A stretch of DNA of 64,000 nt. Origin: Balneolales bacterium. Lineage in GTDB: Bacteria > Bacteroidota > Rhodothermia > Balneolales > Natronogracilivirgulaceae. Every line of letters begins with the position of its first letter. Positions within the stretch are counted from its first letter, which is position 1. Location: contig JBBDMV010000108.1 of assembly GCA_040878115.1 (NCBI GenBank), positions 3,118 through 67,117 of the forward strand. The letters run 5' to 3'. The translations under genes and the position numbers were made by a program. The notes beneath the pieces are model-generated. The model had not been told where the DNA came from and searched no databases. It saw nothing but the letters and a program-made list of their open reading frames with translations. Positions 1 through 8,427 of this stretch are shown here, piece by piece.

Positions 1-124
1 TTTCTTCAAGCTGTGGCATGATCATATTCTGAAGGCGCTCATCGGTGAAATAAATATTTAAACCAATAAGCGCAATAATAAATATGCCAACGATAACTCC
101 TGCAATCCAAAGGATAATTCTCAT
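1..124 (-). CDS. N-terminal fragment of a membrane-anchored protein (AsmA-like?), runs off the window
   Basis: ATG at 124 (minus) opens MRIILWIAGVIVGIFIIALIGLNIYFTDERLQNMIMPQLEE, a single N-terminal TM helix. The frame stays open to position 1. The family guess rests on the anchor only. Confidence 0.35.
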   Translation of the reverse strand, partial: MRIILWIAGVIVGIFIIALIGLNIYFTDERLQNMIMPQLEE

Positions 125-274
125 TTTTCTGACTGACCGTGATTAATGATGCGTTCTCTCTTCGATTAATTTAATTACAATGCATCCAATATACAAAGAT
201 TGATTAATTATTTTAAGCCGCTAGCGTCATACTAATAAAACACGTCAGTCTGAATGCAGCCGACTCTCCAATAT

Positions 275-1165
275 CTATTGGTCCCAAAGTTCAGCTCTAA
301 TCAGATCTGCGCTCCGGGTGTGAAGAGTATAGTTCAGCCGAAGCCTTTTGTTTTCAGGGACCTGTTTTTCGATCAAAGAGGCGCAGGCTGGTGTGTAAAT
401 CACTACATCCACCTCACGGACCAGAAGGGGCAGGGATTTGCCATAAGTCGAACCAGCCATCATAGACCCTTGGAACTTTAGGTTCAGCTTTAGTTCGTCA
501 ATCAGAGATGGAATCGTTTCTTCTTCTGAAGTCACCAATCCGATGGTCTGTATATCTTGCCTTTCAATAACGGCCAAAAGTAAATCGGAACCGATATTGT
601 AAAAAATGGGGAGCAGCAAAATATTATCGGTTTCTTCCCTGAACTTGCGAAAGTACTGGATAGGTACAAACAGAGCATCATAGTTCACCGATTTATTCAT
701 TTCGGTTATCGTGATCACGGAACTTTTTACACCAACCTGTTTTTGAATAGCCTGCGAAAGGATTTGACCGTGCTCGTAAGTGCTTCCTACCGTAGCGCAG
801 CTTTCCAGGCGGCCGGGCCAATCCATAAACCTTAATTGTTCCTGGAAAAGGCTTTCTACTTCATCTTCGTCAAGCCCGTAGCCGATCAGCTCCTCAAGCA
901 AAACCCTCATCTGTTCGGCACCTTTTTCCAACCTTTCGGATTTATCAAGCCCTGTGTTTTGACGGTTTACGATGAAGCCTTTTCCTTTTTCACTCTTCAG
1001 CAGGCCTTCTTCCGTAAGCATCTGGTAGGCTTTGCGAACGGTGTGAAAGCTAGTATCCAGCTGTTTGCCGAGCTGACGTGTGGAGGGCAGTACATCCCCG
1101 ATCTGGAACTGCTTTGTTGCAATGAAAAGCCGGATGCGGTCGGCTATATATTTGGCGGTCTTCAT
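275..1165 (-). CDS. GntR-family transcriptional regulator
   Basis: N-terminal winged-helix GntR signature FQIGDVLPSTRQLGKQLDTSFHTVRKAYQMLTEEGLLKSEKGKGFIV. 296-aa ORF. Confidence 0.85.
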   Translation of the reverse strand: MKTAKYIADRIRLFIATKQFQIGDVLPSTRQLGKQLDTSFHTVRKAYQMLTEEGLLKSEKGKGFIVNRQNTGLDKSERLEKGAEQMRVLLEELIGYGLDEDEVESLFQEQLRFMDWPGRLESCATVGSTYEHGQILSQAIQKQVGVKSSVITITEMNKSVNYDALFVPIQYFRKFREETDNILLLPIFYNIGSDLLLAVIERQDIQTIGLVTSEEETIPSLIDELKLNLKFQGSMMAGSTYGKSLPLLVREVDVVIYTPACASLIEKQVPENKRLRLNYTLHTRSADLIRAELWDQ

Positions 1166-1263
1166 AGCAAGAATATAAACAATCCTGCCCGGGCACGCAT
1201 TGTTTATTCATCGAGCTTAAAGAGCGGACCGGTGATATTGGGAAGGGCCAGGCCCATCAAATG

Positions 1264-2451
1264 TTAGTCTTTAACATCCAAAGCCAGAGCGGACATTATA
1301 GAAACACCCGTTATCAGGCAAGCCTCGTCAACATTGTACTTGGGGTGATGCCAGGGGTAAACAGATTCTGTTTCTTCGCCGCCGCTTCCCAGGAAAAAGA
1401 ATGACCCTGGGAAGTGCTGCTGGTAAAAAGAAAAGTCTTCACCTGCCATATAGGGCCTTTCCATCTCGATCACTTCGGTCCCGGGAAAAGACTTTGCTGT
1501 ATCGATTACATTACGGGCCGTTTCCGGTGTATTGATGACCGCGGGGTAACCCTGCTTGTATTCAAACTCATAGTCACCGCCGGCTGAGCGTGTAATGCCA
1601 GATGCTATGCTATCTATTCTATTGCAGATAAGTTCCGAGACTTCTTCATCGAAGGTACGAATGGTCCCGATCATGTTTACCTTTTCGGAAATGACATTGA
1701 AGGTGGTACCCCCCTCGATTTTCCCAATGGTTATCACGGCAGATTGGGTAGGATCAATAGAACGGCTCACAATAGTCTGCATGGCTGTGACAACCTGAGC
1801 GCTCAAAACGATGGGATCAATAGTCGTGTGTGGGGCCGCGGCATGCCCCCCTTTACCTTTAACCGTAACTTTGAACTCGTCAGACCGCGCCATTAACGGC
1901 CCTTCTTTTAAAGCAACCTGGCCCGCTTTGAAACGAGGGTCGGTGTGCAGGCCATAAATAGCCTGAATACCAAGCTCTTGAAGAACGCCGGTTTCAGCAA
2001 GCAATCGTCCGCCCCCTGGTAGGTTTTCTTCTCCAGCCTGAAATATCAGGATGACCCGGCCTTCTATTTCCTCTTTCATTTCCGAAAGGACCTTCGCTGT
2101 TCCCAAAAGATTTGTGGTGTGAATATCGTGTCCGCAGCAATGCGCCACGCCTGGCTTGAGAGACTTGAATGGCGCTTTAAAATCACCCTCTTCACTTATA
2201 GGAAGGGCGTCAATATCCGCACGAAGGCCAACAACGCGATCAGATTTCTTACCGCCTTCGATAATGGCCAAACAGCCGGTCTCAAGCGGACGGAGCACCT
2301 CGAGCCCGAGTTCTTCCAGGTAATCCACAATAAACTTGGTGGTATTATGCTCCTGAAAGCTCAATTCAGGGTTTTGATGAATCCTGCGACGTATTTGCAC
2401 AAGTTCAGGATGAATTTGGTCGGCGAGTTCTTTTATTTTTTCTACAGGCAT
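1264..2451 (-). CDS. M20-family amidohydrolase (N-acyl-L-amino-acid amidohydrolase / hippurate hydrolase type)
   Basis: 395 aa with HQNPELSFQE, GLRADIDALP, AHCCGHD and FQAGEE motifs typical of the aminoacylase subfamily of M20 peptidases. Confidence 0.9.
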   Translation of the reverse strand: MPVEKIKELADQIHPELVQIRRRIHQNPELSFQEHNTTKFIVDYLEELGLEVLRPLETGCLAIIEGGKKSDRVVGLRADIDALPISEEGDFKAPFKSLKPGVAHCCGHDIHTTNLLGTAKVLSEMKEEIEGRVILIFQAGEENLPGGGRLLAETGVLQELGIQAIYGLHTDPRFKAGQVALKEGPLMARSDEFKVTVKGKGGHAAAPHTTIDPIVLSAQVVTAMQTIVSRSIDPTQSAVITIGKIEGGTTFNVISEKVNMIGTIRTFDEEVSELICNRIDSIASGITRSAGGDYEFEYKQGYPAVINTPETARNVIDTAKSFPGTEVIEMERPYMAGEDFSFYQQHFPGSFFFLGSGGEETESVYPWHHPKYNVDEACLITGVSIMSALALDVKD

Positions 2452-2745
2452 TTTGAATATATGAAAGACGAATAAGTACTAGAGAAGATTTGCATCAAGG
2501 CCCATCTTTTCACGGTCAAGGGTAAATAATATAAGGATGTTATAACCTTGAATGGAAGCGATAAATAAAGTTCTTTTATTCTGTCAGGTTTTAGTTTGTA
2601 TCTTGATAGCTAACGCTCTTCAGCATAAGCGGCGAAATCATTGAAAATAGAAGTTAGAGAAACTAAGAACTTAAAAAAGGCTGAAAGTGATAAGACTTGC
2701 CTTCGTATCTTTTCGTCCGCTTAATGCCGTTGCTAGTATACCAAA

Positions 2746-2943
2746 TTAAAGCTGAGGCTGCTCTTTAGGCTTTTCTGTCGTAATATCTCCATTAGGAAGC
2801 TGGTAATACATTCTACCGTTCTTATAGTAAACATTGGCAATACCAAGCCTGTGGTTTTCTTCCTGGGCTTTTTTAACACCACGATTTCCCAGTCTGGTGA
2901 GAAGGGCGGAGATGTCTTTGCTATTTATTGATAGATTACTCAT
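2746..2943 (-). CDS. small 65-aa protein, possible partner of the upstream zeta-like kinase
   Basis: Its ATG overlaps the last 8 nt of the 220-aa ORF (2936-2943), suggesting translational coupling. A weak hairpin plus T-run follows on the minus strand (about 2680-2712). No family recognised. Confidence 0.5.
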   Translation of the reverse strand: MSNLSINSKDISALLTRLGNRGVKKAQEENHRLGIANVYYKNGRMYYQLPNGDITTEKPKEQPQL

Positions 2944-3598
2944 GGTTTTTAATCATTTTCTGAAAGTTAATAAACAATACGTCATCAAGCACGAATAATT
3001 CCTGCTCCAAATTTCTGGCTATTTCTTTAAAATCATCATCTGAATTATAGAATAAATACCATTTGTCTGAAATTGGGCGATATAGATTCCAGAAATTATC
3101 CAAACTCCTGTTGAATCTTCGCTTGATATCCGTGATTGGAACATGATGTCCACCTTTCTTCACTCTGATAGCCACGCGCTCTGCACAAACATCGGCATTG
3201 GTTAAATATACAAAAACAAAAACAATGGAATAATTATGTTCTCTTTGATATTTATCAATCATTGAAAGAAGAGATTTCCCGGAAAGTGTAGATTCAATCA
3301 GTATATTTTCTTCATTGAAAACTGCAGTATTCAGCCTCTCAAAAAAAAGCTTACCAGCTTTAACGCGAACCGATTCGGGATTATTAGGGGCCAATTCATA
3401 AGCAATATCATCGGCACTGATATAGGTAATTTTCTGATCAGCGATAATTTCTATGGCGAGTGTAGTTTTCCCAGAACCATTTGGACCTCCGACTACAATA
3501 AACTGTTTATTAGAATTAGATTTAATCATGTCCGAAGATAAGCGAATCTGTTCTGAATGAGAAATGAAGGCCATGGCCCTGTTCCCGTACAGCAACAC
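2936..3598 (-). CDS. zeta-toxin / COG4185-type P-loop kinase (AAA ATPase)
   Basis: Walker A VVGGPNGSGKTT, ESTLSG motif and C-terminal GGHHVPITDIKRRFNRS block typical of zeta-toxin-family kinases. The gene is visibly more AT-rich than its neighbours. An alternative start MAFISH lies at 3574. Confidence 0.75.
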   Translation of the reverse strand: MLLYGNRAMAFISHSEQIRLSSDMIKSNSNKQFIVVGGPNGSGKTTLAIEIIADQKITYISADDIAYELAPNNPESVRVKAGKLFFERLNTAVFNEENILIESTLSGKSLLSMIDKYQREHNYSIVFVFVYLTNADVCAERVAIRVKKGGHHVPITDIKRRFNRSLDNFWNLYRPISDKWYLFYNSDDDFKEIARNLEQELFVLDDVLFINFQKMIKNHE

Positions 3599-3604
3599 CC
3601 GGTA

Positions 3605-3760
3605 TTATTCAGGAGTTTCGTTCTGAAATTGGGTTACAATTTCAGAAACCCAGGCAGGGATTAAATCATGAGCAGTTCTCTGCGCATCACCCCACTTAAA
3701 AATAAGGAATCCTAATGCCAGGTCTTGAATTCCTCCATGTATTCTCCATGGTAGCTCCAT
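3605..3760 (-). CDS. hypothetical 51-aa ORF upstream of the zeta-like kinase (below the ORF-track cutoff)
   Basis: Hand translation gives MELPWRIHGGIQDLALGFLIFKWGDAQRTAHDLIPAWVSEIVTQFQNETPE, with TAA at 3605-3607, 6 nt before the kinase ORF. The ATG lies inside one arm of an inverted repeat. No homology recognised. Confidence 0.25.
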   Translation of the reverse strand: MELPWRIHGGIQDLALGFLIFKWGDAQRTAHDLIPAWVSEIVTQFQNETPE

Positions 3761-3793
3761 ATTTCCTCCATAAAAAACATGGAGCTACTATGG
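3746..3793. promoter_or_regulatory. 15-bp inverted repeat (1 mismatch), possible operator or stem-loop
   Basis: ccatggtagctccat (3746-3760) and atggagctactatgg (3779-3793) are reverse complements except for one base, separated by an 18-nt spacer. It sits at the 5' edge of the zeta-like module. Confidence 0.4.
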
Positions 3794-4092
3794 AGCTGAG
3801 TAAGCTTTGGCTCCGGCAAAAACAATCGTATTTTCAGCCTGAATAAGGGTGAAAAATAATGTAGCCCGGCCTGGTTGAGAGAGATTTGATGTTACGAATT
3901 AATGCTTCTCTTGAGTTAGGAAATAGATGAATAATCCAAACAGGTAGCATTTATACCTATTTAATGTTTTTAAATCTATTTAGGTCTGTTGAATTACGAG
4001 AGGTAGGGTTGGATAATGGCCTGTCAGTATATTTCCCGGCTTTTGGTGGAAGACAGGGCTTCAACCACATCAAGTGCTCGTAAGATGGTTGG

Positions 4093-4692
4093 CTATGCTA
4101 AAACCTTCAATGTCGCTTTCAATAATGAGGAAACATCTTCAAGCGGTGTTTCGGATGTTTTTACGGCTTTAAGAACGGCACTTTCAGCATCGGACTTCCT
4201 GTAGCCCAGAGCTTCGAGAGCGGACAAGGTTTCCGTCTGCGCCAGCCCCGTCATAGGGGAGCGTGATGTACCGTTCTGTTCGGTAGTAACCCCACCGAGT
4301 TTATCTTTCAATTCCAGGACCATGCGTTCGGCCGTTTTTTTACCGATGCCCGATATTTTAGATAATTTCAGCACATCCTGGCGCATGATGGTATCGGTGA
4401 TTTCTTCAGAATTCATGCCGGACAGGATGGTCAGGCCGAGGCGGGGCCCGATTCCTTTCACGGTGAGCAGCAGCTCGAACAGGCTCTTTTCATCGGTTTC
4501 TGTGAACCCGAATAAGCTTTGATCGGCTTCGGAGAAATGGTGATGGGTATACAATTTCATATCTGCTCCTTCAGCCGGGAGGGCAGAGAAAGTTTGCGTG
4601 GAAATACGAATGGAATAACCAATACCCGAAACATCAAGAATCACATGATTGGGATTTTTTAGGACCAGTTTGCCTTTAACGTAAGCGATCAT
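4093..4692 (-). CDS. ruvA: Holliday junction DNA helicase subunit RuvA
   Basis: MIAYVKGKL N-terminus, HhH motifs (LLTVKGIGPRLGLTILS, LSKISGIGKKTAERMVLELK) and a C-terminal domain III. Confidence 0.95.
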   Translation of the reverse strand: MIAYVKGKLVLKNPNHVILDVSGIGYSIRISTQTFSALPAEGADMKLYTHHHFSEADQSLFGFTETDEKSLFELLLTVKGIGPRLGLTILSGMNSEEITDTIMRQDVLKLSKISGIGKKTAERMVLELKDKLGGVTTEQNGTSRSPMTGLAQTETLSALEALGYRKSDAESAVLKAVKTSETPLEDVSSLLKATLKVLA

Positions 4693-4822
4693 GTTTTTTT
4701 AATTATGTTAGAATAACAATGGTGGAGTAATAACCCTGCATAGGAATATAATAACAAATAGGCCATGTTCCCTGAAACTCGAAAGGGAGAGCTTCATTCT
4801 AGCTTTAGGAATTACCTTATCA

Positions 4823-5401
4823 CTACGGCTTGATCCGGTCCTCATTATCCCGTACAAACTCGCTCCAGGAAGATCCTCTTCGGTTTTGATGAGTTTTCTT
4901 TGCGGAGCTTTGTAGTGTAATTGGTGAGCTGTTTTTTAAATGATGGCACCAGGCGACAGCCAGTGCATCGGTGGCATCCGCAGAAATCGCTTTGTCTGGC
5001 ATGGTGATCATTTTGCGAAGCATAAAAGCGACCTGGTCTTTCCCGGCATTGCCACGTCCGGTAATGGATTTTTTTACGGATTTGGGATAATACTCAAAGA
5101 CAGGAACCCCCTGGTTGATGATGGCCAGCATGATGGCCGCCTGTGCGCGGCCCAGCTTGAGCATTGCCAGGGGATCTTTACCATATACCGGGGTCTCTAC
5201 AGCACAAGATACCGGCTTATGTTCCATCACCAATTTTTTGACTGCACTGTAGAGCAGATGCAATCGCTCGCTGTGATCATCCAGGTGGGCCAGGGAAATG
5301 GTGCTGCAATCTTCGGCAATATACTTGTTGCCGGTTTTATTGAGCACGGCAAAGCCGGTGTTGCGTGAACCGGGATCGAAGCCCAGGATGATATCGGCCA
5401 T
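4823..5401 (-). CDS. ruvC: crossover junction endodeoxyribonuclease RuvC
   Basis: ILGFDPGSRNTGFAVL catalytic N-terminus and DATDALAVAWCH C-terminal motif. I prefer the ATG at 5401 (MADIILG), because the track start at 5425 lies inside a 13-bp hairpin stem. Confidence 0.92.
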   Translation of the reverse strand: MADIILGFDPGSRNTGFAVLNKTGNKYIAEDCSTISLAHLDDHSERLHLLYSAVKKLVMEHKPVSCAVETPVYGKDPLAMLKLGRAQAAIMLAIINQGVPVFEYYPKSVKKSITGRGNAGKDQVAFMLRKMITMPDKAISADATDALAVAWCHHLKNSSPITLQSSAKKTHQNRRGSSWSEFVRDNEDRIKP

Positions 5402-5419
5402 AACAGTATGTGTGGTTTT

Positions 5420-5458
5420 ATGCAAAGGCGCTATGCCGAATGCTTAGCGCCTTTGCAT
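5420..5458 (-). terminator. perfect 13-bp stem-loop between fabI and ruvC
   Basis: atgcaaaggcgct (5420-5432) pairs with agcgcctttgcat (5446-5458), with a 13-nt loop, 3 nt after the fabI stop. There is no clear U-tract on the minus strand, so the terminator role is tentative. Confidence 0.5.
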
Positions 5459-5461
5459 AAT

Positions 5462-6298
5462 TTATTTATTTGCATTCAGTTCCGCCAGATCTTTCATCAG
5501 TTCTTCATTGATGCCGTTGGTGGAAAAGCCGCCATCGTGGTATAGGTTCTGCATGGTTACTTTCTTCGTCAGGTCAGAAAATAAGGTGATGCAGTAATCG
5601 GCGCATTCATCCGCTGATGGGTTACCCAGGGGAGAAAGTTTATTGGCAAAATCGTACATGCCGTCAAAGCCTTTTATGCCGGCCCCGGCCGATGTCTTGG
5701 TTGGGCCCTGGGAAATGGTGTTGACCCGGATACCACGTTCGGCAACACGGCTGCCGAAGTTCCGGGCAATGCTTTCAAGCAGGGCCTTGGCATCATTCAT
5801 ATCGGAATACTTTGAAAATATACGCTGAGCGCCAACATAGGAAAGGGCAACAACGCTGGCATTGTCATTCAGGATGTCGGTCTTCTCATAGGCGTAGCTG
5901 AGTATTTTATGTAGTGATAAAGCTGAGATATCCAGGGTTTTTTGGAAATAGGCGTAATCCAGATCGGTGTATTCTTTCTTTTTGCGAATATTCGGAGACA
6001 TTCCGATGGCATGTAAAATGAAGTCGATCTTGCCGAAGCGTTCTTTAACCTGCTCCATGAGCTTAGCTACATCTTCTTCGCTGGAAACATCACAGGGCAA
6101 GATTTCCGCACCGGTTTGTTCGCCCAGATTGTTAAGCTGCCCGAGACGGAGAGCAATAGGGGCATTGGATAGAGCAAACTCGGCCCCTTCACGATGGGCG
6201 GCAAGAGCGATGCGCCAGGCAATGCTGCGTTCATCCAGTGCTCCAAAAATGAGGCCTTTTTTTCCTTTTAATAATCCATATCCATTCGTGTTGCTCAT
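5462..6298 (-). CDS. fabI: enoyl-[acyl-carrier-protein] reductase (NADH) FabI
   Basis: GLLKGKKGLIFGALDERSIAWRIA N-terminus. SDR fold with the Y-x6-K region (SYVGAQRIFSKYSDMNDAKA). Confidence 0.93.
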   Translation of the reverse strand: MSNTNGYGLLKGKKGLIFGALDERSIAWRIALAAHREGAEFALSNAPIALRLGQLNNLGEQTGAEILPCDVSSEEDVAKLMEQVKERFGKIDFILHAIGMSPNIRKKKEYTDLDYAYFQKTLDISALSLHKILSYAYEKTDILNDNASVVALSYVGAQRIFSKYSDMNDAKALLESIARNFGSRVAERGIRVNTISQGPTKTSAGAGIKGFDGMYDFANKLSPLGNPSADECADYCITLFSDLTKKVTMQNLYHDGGFSTNGINEELMKDLAELNANK

Positions 6299-6397
6299 AA
6301 TCTAGTAATTTTATGTGTAAGGGTAGTTTAAAAAAATCAATGAAGAATACTGATTGTCTTGGCAAGGTTCAACAGTAGTCGCTTCGATCAATCTGAA

Positions 6398-7864
6398 TTA
6401 GTGAGAACCGGCGTTCCTGATAACCTGGACCTGGAAGCGGACCATCTCTCCAAAGTTGCTCAAGGCCATTCGTTCGTTTGTACCGTGTATGCGTTCGGAA
6501 TCTTCATGGGTGGCACGTATGGGCCGAAAGCGGTACGTGTTTTTGGTTATTTTTTCATAATGCCGGGAATCTGTACCGGCTAGAAAAACGGATGGCGCCA
6601 CGGCAACTTCATTGAAAACCTGATTAATGGATTGCATAATAGCTTTATAACCAAAATGGTCGACACTGGATATATTGGAAGGTTCCAATTCCCCGCTTAG
6701 CAGGTTGATCTTGACATTCAGGTCGTTCACGGTCTTGCGCACGTATTCTATGATACCCGAGATACTGTCGCGTGGGTGGATCCTGAAGTTTATAACCGCA
6801 CGTGCATATACCGGCATAACATTATCCTTAACGCCAGACTCAAAAATGGTTGGTGCTATAGAGGTGCGCATAGCGGCATTGGTGGCAGGTATGGCGTTAA
6901 GTTGCTGTTTGACCAATGGACTGAAAAGCCACAGGTTAGTAAAGGCCATACGGTGTACAAAAGGAAGCTGTGGGGTAATAGCTTTAAACGTCAAGGCCAG
7001 AAGGTCCGATAGTTTACCGGGAATGGGGTTGGTCTCAAGTCGCTTGATGGCATTGCTGAGGATACCGATACTCGTGGTTTGAGGAGGCATTGAAGAATGT
7101 CCACCTTCACTTTCAACAGATAGCTCAAGGCTGAGGTAACCCTTTTCAGCAACGCCCACCAAAGCTACAGGCGATTGTATGCCCTCAAAGATGTCTTCCA
7201 CAATGGGCAATCCTTCATCCAGCACAAAAGCTAAGTTAATATTTCGCTCTTCAAGCACATGCGCGATTTGGGCTGCACCGCGCGCTCCTCCGGTCTCTTC
7301 ATCATGGCCAAACGCAAAATAAATGGTCCTTTTGGGCTGAAAACCTTCGGAGATTAAATGTTCTATACCTTCCATGATAGAAATAAGGCCACCTTTGTCA
7401 TCCATGGCGCCTCGTCCATATACATGTTCATCAGTAATTTTTCCTGAAAAGGGGGGGTGAAGCCAGTCTGCTTCCGTGCCGTCCTCTATGGGTACCACAT
7501 CGTAGTGGGCCATCATCAGGATGGGATCTTCATCATCATCGGTACCTTGCCAGCGGTATAAAAGGCTGTACTCGTTTATTCGTTCTCTGGGAATGTTTTT
7601 ATGTACTCCAGGATAAGATTCTTCCAAAAAACGAATGAACCCTTCGTACTCACCCGTATCCTGAAGGGCCTGGTCATGGGTAGTGATGCTTTTGTATTGA
7701 AGTGCTTTGGAAAGGCGGCGGGCAGCCTGTTTTATGTTGATGTTATGTAAAACAGGGTCAATGTTCTTTGTATTTTTTTTTGAAAATATGAGCGTGCGTA
7801 TCAGCACAATGACGATCAGCAAAAAAAGGGAAACGACCAATCCCAGGCCGATGAGTTTTAGCAT
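6398..7864 (-). CDS. membrane-anchored M20-family metallopeptidase (carboxypeptidase/dipeptidase type)
   Basis: N-terminal TM helix, then MMAHYDVVP, RGAMDDKGG and FGHDEETGG metal-ligand motifs. Confidence 0.85.
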   Translation of the reverse strand: MLKLIGLGLVVSLFLLIVIVLIRTLIFSKKNTKNIDPVLHNINIKQAARRLSKALQYKSITTHDQALQDTGEYEGFIRFLEESYPGVHKNIPRERINEYSLLYRWQGTDDDEDPILMMAHYDVVPIEDGTEADWLHPPFSGKITDEHVYGRGAMDDKGGLISIMEGIEHLISEGFQPKRTIYFAFGHDEETGGARGAAQIAHVLEERNINLAFVLDEGLPIVEDIFEGIQSPVALVGVAEKGYLSLELSVESEGGHSSMPPQTTSIGILSNAIKRLETNPIPGKLSDLLALTFKAITPQLPFVHRMAFTNLWLFSPLVKQQLNAIPATNAAMRTSIAPTIFESGVKDNVMPVYARAVINFRIHPRDSISGIIEYVRKTVNDLNVKINLLSGELEPSNISSVDHFGYKAIMQSINQVFNEVAVAPSVFLAGTDSRHYEKITKNTYRFRPIRATHEDSERIHGTNERMALSNFGEMVRFQVQVIRNAGSH

Positions 7865-8271
7865 AAATAGGTAATTGTATTATTCAAAAAGCGGAATTTC
7901 CCAATATATTGATATTTGAAGTGAAATGTGAGCTATTGAAAAGTATGCTTTGAAGGAATTTATTTAATAGGCGTTCTGATGAATGCCATTCAGTTTAAAA
8001 ATCCCAAAATTGCATGCAGAGGATAAGGATAAAAAAAGTGCTTTTCTGATAAATATGGGCAAAAATATTTTTTTCAATTGGGTAGCAATTTGTGCAGAAT
8101 TTAACAAACTTGGGCTTTTAAAAATTTGTGTACTTGATATCGTATTGGCAGAAAAAGCATAAATACCCTGGATTCAAGTTGGTGGCCCCGGTTATAGCAA
8201 AATATAAGTTTAATGAATAGACTAATAATCTTTAACACGGAATTCACATTTATTTGCCTCATTGCTTCGGG

Positions 8272-8336
8272 AATCCTGCAATAACCCGATAGGCTATCAA
8301 CCTTGACCAATCGGTTATCTGTATAGTTGCAGGATT
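8272..8336 (+). other. long imperfect hairpin followed by a T-run, 90 nt upstream of the amidohydrolase gene
   Basis: aatcctgcaa (8272-8281) pairs with ttgcaggatt (8327-8336). An inner helix pairs taa/ccgat (8282-8290) with atcgg/tta (8310-8317). ttttt lies at 8342-8346. Confidence 0.45.
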
Positions 8337-8427
8337 GCCGGCTTTTTCAGAATAGATAAGCAGCAAATATCAGTTGCTTGTTTAAATACTTAAATAATAA
8401 AATCTTCTAATTAAAATAAAGATCTGC

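Noticed and set aside
8101-8310. 69-aa minus-strand ORF in the divergent spacer
   Set aside because: AT-rich with no motifs, and it overlaps the long hairpin. Probably noncoding promoter DNA.
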